Source: an uncultured Candidatus Rokubacteria bacterium (GTDB taxonomy: Bacteria; Methylomirabilota; Methylomirabilia; Rokubacteriales; DASRDR01). Taken from it: DNA of 64,000 nt. The notes under the pieces are model-generated. The model had not been told where the DNA came from. It did no database searches and saw only the letters and a list, made by a program, of their open reading frames with translations. Of this stretch, positions 1-8,891 are shown one piece after another (positions within the stretch are counted from its first letter, which is position 1; every line of letters starts with the position of its first letter). The DNA lies in the NCBI GenBank assembly GCA_963805625.1, contig CAWDVE010000010.1, forward strand, positions 2,080,001 to 2,144,000, given 5' to 3'. The position numbers and the translations under genes are program-made.

Positions 1-1130
1 GCGGGCTCGTGATCGATCTCTCACCGATGAAGGGCCTGTGGGTCGATCCGGCGGGGCGAACTGCGCGAGCGCAGCCGGGACTCCTCTGGGGCGAGTTCGA
101 CCGCGAGACCCAGGCCTTCGGGCTCGCCGCGCCCGGCGGGATCATCACCCACACCGGCATCGCGGGTCTCACGCTCGGCGGGGGGCTCGGCTGGCTGATG
201 CGCCGACACGGACTGGCCGCCGACAACGTCCTGTCGGCCGATGTGGTCACCGCCGACGGTGACTTCCTTCGCGCCAGCGCTGAGGAGCACGCCGACCTCT
301 TCTGGGGGCTCCGCGGGGGCGGCGGCAACTTCGGGGTGGTCACGTCCTTCGAGTATCGTCTGCACCCCGTCGGACCGATCGTCCTGGCCGGCGTGATGCT
401 CCACCCTGCCGCGAAGGCCCGCCAGGTCCTGGGCTTCTACCGCGACTTCATCGGGAGCGCGCCCGACGAGCTGACGACCATCGTGGTCCTCCGGATGGCG
501 CCGCCCGCGCCCTTCCTTCCTCCGTGGGTGCACGGACAACCGGTCGTGGTCATCGGCGCGTGCTACGCGGGCTCGGTGGAGGAGGGCGAGCGAGCGGTTG
601 CCCCGCTGCGGCGGTTCGGCGAGCCACTGGTGGACCTGATCCGGCCGACGCCGTACGTCTCACATCAGGCGCTCTTCGACCCCACCGCGCCCCACGGGCT
701 CGGCTACTACTGGAAATCGGAGTACGTGCCATCGCTCAGCGATGCCCTCATCGACACGCTCGCCGAGCGGGCCTGGGGGGTCGCGACGCCGGAGTCCTAC
801 ACGATCATCTTCCACCTGGGCGGTGCCGTCGGTCGACAGGATCCGGAGGGATCGGCCTTCGAGGACCGGCGGGCGGCCCATGCGGTGAACATCGACGCCG
901 TCTGGTCCGAGCCCGCCCGCGCGTCCGCGTGCATCGCGTGGAGCCGGGAGCTGTGGGAGGCGGTGCGTCCGTATTCCACGGGCCGTGTCTACGTGAACTT
1001 TCTCGGGGAGGAGGGGCAGGACCGAGTGCGGGCGGCCTACGGCGAGGCCAAGTACGAGCGGCTCCGGGCGCTCAAGCGCAAGCACGACCCGACGAACTTC
1101 TTCCGGCTGAACCAGAACATCCGACCGTAG
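1..1130 (+). CDS. FAD-binding oxidoreductase, berberine-bridge-enzyme (BBE) family, 5'-partial
   Basis: Motifs TGIAGLTLGGGLG, DLFWGLRGGGGNFGVVT and C-terminal YVNF...KRKHDPTNFFRLNQNI. The frame is open to the window edge. Confidence 0.92.
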   Translation, partial: GLVIDLSPMKGLWVDPAGRTARAQPGLLWGEFDRETQAFGLAAPGGIITHTGIAGLTLGGGLGWLMRRHGLAADNVLSADVVTADGDFLRASAEEHADLFWGLRGGGGNFGVVTSFEYRLHPVGPIVLAGVMLHPAAKARQVLGFYRDFIGSAPDELTTIVVLRMAPPAPFLPPWVHGQPVVVIGACYAGSVEEGERAVAPLRRFGEPLVDLIRPTPYVSHQALFDPTAPHGLGYYWKSEYVPSLSDALIDTLAERAWGVATPESYTIIFHLGGAVGRQDPEGSAFEDRRAAHAVNIDAVWSEPARASACIAWSRELWEAVRPYSTGRVYVNFLGEEGQDRVRAAYGEAKYERLRALKRKHDPTNFFRLNQNIRP

Positions 1131-1448
1131 ATCGGGCTGCACACCGGGGACACTTCATGCCGGGGCCTCCCCTGGGCGACGTGAGAACCGAACGGCCGGC
1201 TCCACAACCTGGCTGAGCGGTGGCCAGACTCTCGAACGAGCGGTTCGGGAAGGCGCATCACTTTCTCTTCTGTGGCGAGGGCAGGTACGAAGGCTGGACG
1301 CAGCGCCTGCTGACGGAGATCCCCACGGCCGCCCTGCCGCCCGACCTCCCGGGCCGCCGCGGGGAGCTCCGCGACGCTACGCCTATTTCTGTGCTTCGGG
1401 GAACTCGAAAACCGTGTGGATCGACGCGGAGCCGACCTGACATGCCAC

Positions 1449-1477
1449 GGCCCCGGAACCCGAAGGGTCCCGGGGCC
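1449..1477. terminator. GC-rich hairpin between convergent genes, possible terminator
   Basis: ggccccgg-a-accc-GAA-gggt-c-ccggggcc. There is no U-tract, so function is uncertain. Confidence 0.3.
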
Positions 1478-1526
1478 CGGCCCGCGTCATGCTGGCGGAT
1501 TACTGCGTCGGGTCACTCCGCACGAG

Positions 1527-3077
1527 TCAATTGCGGCCTCTCAGGACTAACTTGGCCGCCGCGCTACTCTGCGCAAACTCGCCGGTCTCGAAGTCGAAGG
1601 CAAACGCCGACACCGAGACGTTCACGGGGCCGCCGACGAAGAGAGCGACTGCCCGTCCGTGGAAGAGAGCTGGCGACGACTGGGTGGTCGCCGTCCACGA
1701 CGCCGTACCGGTGCTGTCGCAGAACACCGATGCATAGAAGAATCCGGTCAGGACCGCCTTACCGTGAGTCTCAGTAAGCTGACCCATAATGGATGCGAAT
1801 ACGGGGCGGTTACAGATCAGCGTGCCACTGACCGTGGCCGCGCCCGTCGTCAGACCGACCGAGCCGAACTCAGACACGGTCAGGAAGACCGCGAGAGGGG
1901 GCGGACCGAGGATGAGGTTGAGTACCAGGTTGCCCGCCGGAGACCCGTAGGGTGACGAGACCATCAGGTAGTAGGTAACCCCGGCGCCCGCGTTGAAACG
2001 AACCCGGGACTGCAAGCCCTGGCTGTTGTCGTTGCATGCAGCTTGGCTGAGCGCGCCCCGGAGACCTGTGTAGACCGACAGGGTGGTGTCGTATTCGCTC
2101 CCAAACGTATTGACCTCCACCCACATATCACTGGCGGGCGTGAAGGTGAACCAGACTGTCCCGGTCTGTCCGAAGCAAGACGGATCGTCGAGCGCCGCGG
2201 TAGCGCCACTGGTGTTCTGGGCGTACGTGAAGGGGATGCCGGACACGACGATCGCGCGGTCGATCTCGTCGTTTGGCGGTGGCGGCAAAGCGACCGTGAT
2301 TCGGGTGAAACGCGTCTCGACCGTACCCTGTCCGTTGTCTCCCGTGAAAGCCACGGCGTAGGCGCCGGCCTGTCCCGGGGATGGCGTCCAGCTGAACGTC
2401 CCAGTGTTGTCTTCATGATCGATGAAGCCGGCGCTGTCGGGTAGCCCGGCCGCGGCGAGCGTCACGTGGCGTCCGTCGATCTCGGTCGCGGTGACGTCAA
2501 AGCTCAGGAGCTGACCCTCGAATGTGGTCGCCGTGGCCGGCGCCACCAGTTCGATGGCAACCGTCGCATTGAACCGAATCTCCCCGCGCAAAGCTACCGC
2601 TGCGCCCTCGCAGTGCTGTTCGAACGTGGCGCGGAAGGCGACGATTTCGTCTCCTGAGCCGTAGGTGACCTCTTTGACCTCAAAGCCCCCCGTCAGTGTG
2701 TTGCAGCCGCGCCCGTCGCCATAGATGTCCAGACCGGGTTGGCCCGGCTCGCGGAACGCAAAGCGCGCTGCGCCGGAGTAGAGGCCCGTGGCGAGGAACT
2801 GGCCGTCGGGTGCGCCGAAGTCCAGATACCACCAATGGCTGTAGTTCGGCGTGTTGAACGCGATCGACACCCCATTGGCGTAGTTTCGCCGTGCAGTGAA
2901 TGAGCCATCTTCCTGGGCGAAGAATGTTGACTGCCCCCCGCCGATGTAATCGCCCGGATCGCTGTCGAGCCAGAGCGACGTCACGGCGGCCGCGGCGTCG
3001 GGAACTTCGAAGCCTCCGAGGAGCACAGCGACCACGATGAGCGTGAAACCGAGCAGGGTTCCCCTTCTCGCCATCAT
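1527..3077 (-). CDS. Secreted multi-beta-sandwich protein (N-terminal SDPGDYIGGG domain, Ig-like domain, PPC-like domain)
   Basis: Signal peptide ending PDAAA. Ig-like segment LSFDVTAT..AAGLP..GTFSWTP. PPNDE...VWFTFTP..NTFGSEYDTTLSVYTG..ACND module. SD-like gaggagagagg upstream. Confidence 0.8.
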   Translation of the reverse strand: MMARRGTLLGFTLIVVAVLLGGFEVPDAAAAVTSLWLDSDPGDYIGGGQSTFFAQEDGSFTARRNYANGVSIAFNTPNYSHWWYLDFGAPDGQFLATGLYSGAARFAFREPGQPGLDIYGDGRGCNTLTGGFEVKEVTYGSGDEIVAFRATFEQHCEGAAVALRGEIRFNATVAIELVAPATATTFEGQLLSFDVTATEIDGRHVTLAAAGLPDSAGFIDHEDNTGTFSWTPSPGQAGAYAVAFTGDNGQGTVETRFTRITVALPPPPNDEIDRAIVVSGIPFTYAQNTSGATAALDDPSCFGQTGTVWFTFTPASDMWVEVNTFGSEYDTTLSVYTGLRGALSQAACNDNSQGLQSRVRFNAGAGVTYYLMVSSPYGSPAGNLVLNLILGPPPLAVFLTVSEFGSVGLTTGAATVSGTLICNRPVFASIMGQLTETHGKAVLTGFFYASVFCDSTGTASWTATTQSSPALFHGRAVALFVGGPVNVSVSAFAFDFETGEFAQSSAAAKLVLRGRN

Positions 3078-3381
3078 CCTCTCTCCTCATCAATGACGGT
3101 CAAGTTTCGCCTAGTCCCGGCACAGCAACCTGTCGTGCAAGCGTCGTCGCAACGGACTCGGTGAGGGCGGCACCCAGAGCCGGCCTTGGCTGGGCCCCCA
3201 TGGAGCCCGGCCGTTCCCTGTGGATCTCCGCTCGTTCCTCCTTTCTCGCCCCTAGTTCAGAGATCGCAACTGAGCCAACGAGCCGAACCCTTCCAAATGC
3301 GTGCCGCATCGTGGCCGTTCGCCGTTTGACAAGGGCGACCCCTCAGCGGGGCGCAGCAGCCGATCGGCTCGCGCTTTCGTG

Positions 3382-3756
3382 TCACGGCGGCCGTGGGGGC
3401 CCGGGCCGGGCGGTGACTCTGGCCATCGATCGAGGCGTCACGGACTCGCGCGCCGCCGCCGAGGGGCCACTCTCCTTGCGGACCATCAAAGTGGCCATGC
3501 AGACCGGGGCGGCCATCAGCGTTTCCACGATGGCGTTCGGCTCGATCGGCCCCGCGACGAGCCACGAGGCCTGACAGTGGACCCGCTCTGCCGACACGCG
3601 GGACGGCCGGGGTGCGGCAGCGCTCGCCGCCGCGCCGGCCCCGTCTTCCCGGAGCCGTTCCCCGGCCCCGCCGACGACCGCGAGGAGGAGCGTCATCGCC
3701 AGCACGTGGCGCCACGCTGTCTTCCTACGGAGTTGCCGACGGCTCCCGACGTCCAT
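3382..3756 (-). CDS. Hypothetical exported or membrane-anchored protein
   Basis: N-terminal basic plus hydrophobic segment. It starts 3 nt after the stop of the upstream lipoprotein on the same strand. Confidence 0.4.
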   Translation of the reverse strand: MDVGSRRQLRRKTAWRHVLAMTLLLAVVGGAGERLREDGAGAAASAAAPRPSRVSAERVHCQASWLVAGPIEPNAIVETLMAAPVCMATLMVRKESGPSAAARESVTPRSMARVTARPGPPRPP

Positions 3757-3759
3757 GTC

Positions 3760-4245
3760 CTATCGGCCTAGCTGGCTATCGGTGGGGCCAAGGGCCGGTC
3801 CACGGGCTGCAGTCCGCTCGCCGTGACGCGATTCCGTCACGAAGGTCACGGCGAGGCCGTTGGATTCGTGGCGGGCCCGGTCCGCGACGAAGAGTGTCGC
3901 GTTGATCGGAACACCCGACCGAAGCACCTGGACGTTGCAGGTCACGACGCCGGTCGTGATGTTCGGGTTGGTGCCGGGCGCCAGGGTATTGATCGGCCCC
4001 GTGATTTGCTCGCCGGACTGGTCTCGCAGTCGACACTCGCCGCCGAAGACGTCGCCCTGGGCGTCGACGACGTCCACGATCAGGCTGACGACCTGGCTGG
4101 TGTGCTGGACGCGCAGGTTGCTAATCGTCGGCGCTTCGGAAGGCCCACTACTGCCGCTACTGCCGCCCCCGCAGCCCGTGAGAAGAAGGAGCAGGCCGCC
4201 GACGAGGCCGGCGGCCGGCCTGCGACTCCCCTGGCTGGCTAGCAT
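3760..4245 (-). CDS. Putative lipoprotein with Ig-like fold
   Basis: MLASQGSRR..GLLLLLTGC lipobox, Gly/Ser linker, APTISNL..VDVVDAQGD. SD ggagg before ATG 4245. Confidence 0.75.
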   Translation of the reverse strand: MLASQGSRRPAAGLVGGLLLLLTGCGGGSSGSSGPSEAPTISNLRVQHTSQVVSLIVDVVDAQGDVFGGECRLRDQSGEQITGPINTLAPGTNPNITTGVVTCNVQVLRSGVPINATLFVADRARHESNGLAVTFVTESRHGERTAARGPALGPTDSQLGR

Positions 4246-4577
4246 CGCAAGCCTCCTGCGGACCAAGCGGTCCGTGGGGCCCGGGCGATCGCCAACGTCG
4301 GTGCCAGGGCCGCGGTCGCCGTGCCGGACGGTCGGTCTGGTTCGGGATCGCCCGAAGACGACTGGGTGGCCCCTGTGGGCTCTGGCTCTGAACGCGACAG
4401 CAGGCTCCCGTCCTCTCGGCGGTCCTCGATGACCTCCAAGCCGGGGAGACCCCGGAGCACGTGCTCGATGGCCGCTCGAAGGCCACCCTGGCCGCGAGCC
4501 ACGATGAACAGGAGCCTCGACTTCGTCGCGCCTGGCTCTTCCCCGCCGCTACCCCGCTCTGGCTCTCGCTCGCTCAT
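4239..4577 (-). CDS. Small hypothetical protein of the LFIVAR...EVIxDRR type
   Basis: Strong SD (gaggagagg) before ATG 4577. Motif LLFIVAR..EVIEDRR, recalled as an expanded family in Rokubacteria. Confidence 0.65.
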   Translation of the reverse strand: MSEREPERGSGGEEPGATKSRLLFIVARGQGGLRAAIEHVLRGLPGLEVIEDRREDGSLLSRSEPEPTGATQSSSGDPEPDRPSGTATAALAPTLAIARAPRTAWSAGGLRC

Positions 4578-4630
4578 CGGCCTCTCCTCTCCCAGCGCCC
4601 AATTGATCGTCTGCGCACGCCTGACGAGAG

Positions 4631-4647
4631 AGCATCCGGGGTGCCAG
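4631..4647 (-). promoter_or_regulatory. Sigma-54 -24/-12 promoter
   Basis: The minus strand reads CTGGCACCCCGGATGCT (TGGCAC, GG-N10-GC), about 55 nt upstream of ATG 4577 and divergent from a sigma-54 activator gene. Confidence 0.65.
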
Positions 4648-4769
4648 CCGAGGACGGCAACCTTGACGCGCACTTACGAAGGCCCCCGATGGTGAATGGG
4701 TGGGGGACGCTGGTCGGGAACTGCGCAGTTTGCGCAAGACCGGCCCAGAGCGCAGTAGAATGCCGCGCA

Positions 4770-7700
4770 ATGGACGCGCTGACCGAGCTGGTCGGCGACA
4801 GCCCCGCTCTGGTGGGCGTCCGAACGCAGGTGACGCGGCTACTTCAGCGCCACCGAACGACGGCGCGGCTGCCCCCCATCCTGATCCAGGGGGAGACCGG
4901 GACCGGCAAGGGGCTCCTGGCGCGGCTCCTGCACCGGGAAAGTCCCCGTGGAAGCGCTCCCTTCGTCGACGTCAACTGCGCCGCCATCCCGGAGGCGCTC
5001 CTCGAAGCCGAGATGTTCGGCTACGAGCGCGGGGCGTTCACCGACGCGCGTCAGGCGAAGCCCGGGCTCTTCCGCGCCGCGCACGGCGGCACGATCTTCC
5101 TGGACGAGGTCGCCCTGCTTCCCCACGGGCTCCAGGCCAAGCTTCTCAAGGCGATCGAGGAGCAGGCGGTCCGACGGCTGGGCAGCACTCGGACCGAACC
5201 GGTCGACGCGTGGGTCTTGGCGGCCACCAACACGGATCTCGCGGCGGCGGTTCGCCAGGGAGGGTTCCGGGGCGACCTCTACCATCGGCTGGCCGTGGTG
5301 ACGTTTACGCTGCCGCCGCTCCGGGAACGGGCCGGGGACGTCCTGGTGCTGGCGGAGCAATTCCTCGCGCGGGCCTGCGCCGACTACCGACTGCCGCCGA
5401 AGACCCTGGCGGCCGACGCCCGCGCAGCGCTTCTCGCGTATCCCTGGCCCGGCAACGTCCGCGAGCTCGCCAATGTGCTCGAGCGCGTCGCGCTCCTGTC
5501 CGACACGACGACGATCACCGGGGACATGCTGGGGCTCAAGGCCGACTCGCCGACAGAAGGATCGGTCACAGGAGCGTCCCCAGGCGGGCACCGGACCCTC
5601 GACGCCATGGTCCGCGACCATCTCGAGCGAGTCCTCGAGGAACACGGCTGGAACATCTCCCGGGCGGCACTGGCGCTCGGCGTGGCGCGCAACACCCTCC
5701 GCGCTCGCATCGCGAAGCACGGGCTCGTGCTGTCATCGTCCCCGCGCCACGGGCCGACTCGCGCCCGAGGCACCGCCGCTCCCTCCGGCGGGCCGGCTGC
5801 CTCGGCGATGTCCGGGACGGCCGGGTCGGCCCCCACCGCGCCCGCGAACTGGGAGTCCCGCCGGCTCGCGTTCCTGCGAGCGGCCATGCCGATGGCCTCC
5901 GACGAAACCGGCGCGTCGCTGACGTACGGCGCCATCGACGCGGTCGCCGGGAAAGTCGGGGCCTTCGCGGGCCAGGTCATCGAACGGAGCCCAGAGGGGC
6001 TCGTGGCGGTGTTCGGCCTCGACCTGATGGAGGACCCGGTCGGCCGGGCGGCATCCGCCGCGCTCGCGATCGGCCGGCTCGCCGAGCGGGCAGGCGCCGG
6101 CATCCGGCTCGGCCTCCACGTCGGGCGCTGCCTCGTGGCGGCGGTTCGAGGGCGCCATGAGATCGACCTCGACGGCAAGCAGAGCGCGTGGGCCAGCCTG
6201 GACGGGGTGCTCGCTGGCGTCGGCCCGGGAGAAGTCCGGGCCAGCGCCGACACGCTGCCGTTCCTCAGGGGCCGGTTCGATCTCGAGGCGGGCGGGACCG
6301 CCGACGCGGCCCCGGCGCCCGTGTGGGTGCGGGGCCGCGCCTCGCCGGACCTCCGGTCCCGGACGCCATTCGTCGGCCGGGAGGCGGAGCTGGCGTTCCT
6401 GAAGGACCGCCTCGCCGCCGCGCGGACCGGCCACGGTCAGATGGTGGGACTCGTCGGGGAGCCTGGCGCGGGGAAGTCACGCCTCGTCGCCGAGTTTCGG
6501 GCGGTCGTCCGGCGCGAGGGACTCGTCTACGTCGAGGGCGCGTGCGTGCCGCATGGCTCAGCGATCCCCTACCTGCCGATGATCGATCTTCTTCGCGGGG
6601 CCTGCGGGATCGGGGCCGGCGACGCGCCCGACGTGATGACGGAGAAGGTCCGCACCACGCTCCGGCTGCTCCGGCTGGACGCGGACGAGACCGCCGCGTA
6701 TCTGTTGCCGCTCCTCGGCCTGGGCGAGGACCCGGCGCCGGCGCTCGCGCCGGACACCGTGTCTCCGCAGGCGCGGCGGGGACGTACGATCGCGATCCTC
6801 CGAGAGATTGCCCTCGCCGCCAGCCGGCGGGGGTCAGTGGTGCTGGTGGTGGAAGATATCCAGTGGATCGATCAGACGTCGGAGGCGTGCCTGGCCGCCC
6901 TGACCGACAGCCTCGCGGGGGCCCCGATCCTGGCGCTCACCACGTACCGAGCCTCGTACCGGCCCACGTGGCTCGAGCGGTCCTACGCGACCCAGGTGGC
7001 GCTTTCCGCGCTCTCTACGGCCCAGAGCTCGGGCCTCGTGCGGAGCCTCCTGCCAGCCTCGGCCCCGGACGACGTCGTGCGCGCGCTCGTCGACCGCGGC
7101 GACGGAAATCCCTTCTTCCTCGAGGAACTCGCCCGGGCGCAGCGGGACGACCCATCCGGTCAGCCGACGTCCGTCCTCCCCGAGACGGTCCAGGAGGTGC
7201 TCCAACTCCGGATCGACCGGCTGCCCGCCGGGGCCCGGCGGGCGCTACTAGTCGCGGCCGTCATCGGTCGCCGGGTGCCGCGCTGGCTCCTCGAGGCGAT
7301 CTGGCCAGGTCCTGACAACCTCGACTCGAGCCTGCGCACCCTCGTCGCGCTCGAGTTCCTCTACGAGCGCGGTGGCGGTGAGCCGGCGTACGCGTTCCGG
7401 CACGCGCTCACCCACGAGGTCGCCTACGCCAATCCGTCCGCCAGCGAGCGTCAGGCCCTGCATGGAGTGGCCGCCGAGGCGCTCGAGGAACGGCATCGAG
7501 CTCGACTGGACCCCGTGCTCGAGCACCTGGCGCGCCACTACGCGCTCTCGCCGCGGCCAGACAAGGCGGTCCACTATCTCGCGCGGTTCGCCGAGAAGGC
7601 GGCGCGGACGCACGCGCATACCGAGGCGATCGGTGCCCTGGATCAGGCCCTCGCCCGCGTCGAGGAACTGCCGGAGCCGGAGCGGGCGCCGCGGCGCGCC

Positions 7701-8891
7701 GATCTGCTGCTGCGCCGGGTGGCGTCGCTGCTCCCCCTCGGCCGGTTCCAGGAGGCCCATGATCGGCTGGTGGCGCCGGCGCTCCAGTCCGTCGCGCCGA
7801 CCGAGGCGGCGCTGGCGGGTCCCTATCACTACCTGCGGGCACGAGTCGCGAGCTTCCTCGGGGCGCACGACGAGGCAACGGAGAGCGCCGAGCGCGCGAT
7901 CGAGGCCGGCCGCCGCGCGGGAGACGTCCGCATGATGGGCAAGGCGCATGCGTTCCTCGCGCTGGACGCGGCGCTGGTCGGCCTGGGCCAGGCCGGCCTG
8001 GCGCACGGGCGCCAGGCGCTGGTGCTACTGGAGGGCACGGCGGAACAGGGGTGGCTCGGCGTGGCGCACTGGGCGATGGGGCTCGGGCAGGCGGCGACCG
8101 GCGAGTTTGCGCGGGCGCTCGACGCCGAGGCCCGAGCCCGGACGATCGCGACGGCCATCGGCGACCGTGCCCTCTTGGCCTCCGTTGCCTGGGCCACCGG
8201 CGCGATCCACGCTGCGGCCGGCGACGGGGCCGCGGCCATCCGTGCCTGCACGGAGAGCCTCGCGCAGGCGCCGGATCCCCTCCAGGCCGCCCTCGCCCGC
8301 GGCTGGCTGGGGTATGCCTACGTGGAACTCGGCGATCCCGCCGCGGCGATCCCGCTTCTGGAGCAGTCGACCCGGGAACTCGCGACGTTCCGGTTCGCAC
8401 GCCACGGCTGGTTCCGCGTGTTCCTGGCGGAGGCTTACCGGCAGAGCGGCCGGCTCTACGAGGCGTCGATGTCCGCGAAGGACGGACTGGCTGCCATGAC
8501 CGCGCCTCGGCTCGCGTACGGCACCGGCTGGGGACACAGGGTGCTCGGCCGCGTGGCGCAGGCCGAGCGCGCCTACGAGGCAGCTGAGGCGCATTTCCTG
8601 GCAGCGCATCGCACCTTTGATGCCATCGCGGCGCGGTACGAGCTGGCCCGAACCGAGCTGGACCTGGCCGCGCTCGCCGAGGCGCGCGGGGACCCTGGCC
8701 ACGCTGCGGCCTGTCGCGCCGCCGCGCAATCGCGACTCAACGACCTCGGGATCCGCCGGGATCCCGAGCTGGCCGACGCTCCGCTCGGGCAGCGCCCCCA
8801 GGATCTGACTGCGACTCGGCGTGAAGCGAGCCAAGCCGGTGACGCGGGCGCGAAACCGTTGCCGGGACCGCCGCAAGGCGAGACGCCGTGA
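4770..8891 (+). CDS. Sigma-54 enhancer-binding protein (AAA+, Fis HTH) fused to a degenerate cyclase-like domain, STAND-type ATPase and TPR repeats
   Basis: GETGTGK, FVDVNCAAIP, EMFGYERGAFTDA, IFLDEV, WPGNVRELAN, and HTH WNISRAALALGVARNTL. Second module FVGREAEL..GEPGAGKS..VVEDIQWID..GNPFFLEEL..YAFRHAL, then TPR-like helices. Likely start is ATG 4770. Confidence 0.9.
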   Translation: MDALTELVGDSPALVGVRTQVTRLLQRHRTTARLPPILIQGETGTGKGLLARLLHRESPRGSAPFVDVNCAAIPEALLEAEMFGYERGAFTDARQAKPGLFRAAHGGTIFLDEVALLPHGLQAKLLKAIEEQAVRRLGSTRTEPVDAWVLAATNTDLAAAVRQGGFRGDLYHRLAVVTFTLPPLRERAGDVLVLAEQFLARACADYRLPPKTLAADARAALLAYPWPGNVRELANVLERVALLSDTTTITGDMLGLKADSPTEGSVTGASPGGHRTLDAMVRDHLERVLEEHGWNISRAALALGVARNTLRARIAKHGLVLSSSPRHGPTRARGTAAPSGGPAASAMSGTAGSAPTAPANWESRRLAFLRAAMPMASDETGASLTYGAIDAVAGKVGAFAGQVIERSPEGLVAVFGLDLMEDPVGRAASAALAIGRLAERAGAGIRLGLHVGRCLVAAVRGRHEIDLDGKQSAWASLDGVLAGVGPGEVRASADTLPFLRGRFDLEAGGTADAAPAPVWVRGRASPDLRSRTPFVGREAELAFLKDRLAAARTGHGQMVGLVGEPGAGKSRLVAEFRAVVRREGLVYVEGACVPHGSAIPYLPMIDLLRGACGIGAGDAPDVMTEKVRTTLRLLRLDADETAAYLLPLLGLGEDPAPALAPDTVSPQARRGRTIAILREIALAASRRGSVVLVVEDIQWIDQTSEACLAALTDSLAGAPILALTTYRASYRPTWLERSYATQVALSALSTAQSSGLVRSLLPASAPDDVVRALVDRGDGNPFFLEELARAQRDDPSGQPTSVLPETVQEVLQLRIDRLPAGARRALLVAAVIGRRVPRWLLEAIWPGPDNLDSSLRTLVALEFLYERGGGEPAYAFRHALTHEVAYANPSASERQALHGVAAEALEERHRARLDPVLEHLARHYALSPRPDKAVHYLARFAEKAARTHAHTEAIGALDQALARVEELPEPERAPRRADLLLRRVASLLPLGRFQEAHDRLVAPALQSVAPTEAALAGPYHYLRARVASFLGAHDEATESAERAIEAGRRAGDVRMMGKAHAFLALDAALVGLGQAGLAHGRQALVLLEGTAEQGWLGVAHWAMGLGQAATGEFARALDAEARARTIATAIGDRALLASVAWATGAIHAAAGDGAAAIRACTESLAQAPDPLQAALARGWLGYAYVELGDPAAAIPLLEQSTRELATFRFARHGWFRVFLAEAYRQSGRLYEASMSAKDGLAAMTAPRLAYGTGWGHRVLGRVAQAERAYEAAEAHFLAAHRTFDAIAARYELARTELDLAALAEARGDPGHAAACRAAAQSRLNDLGIRRDPELADAPLGQRPQDLTATRREASQAGDAGAKPLPGPPQGETP

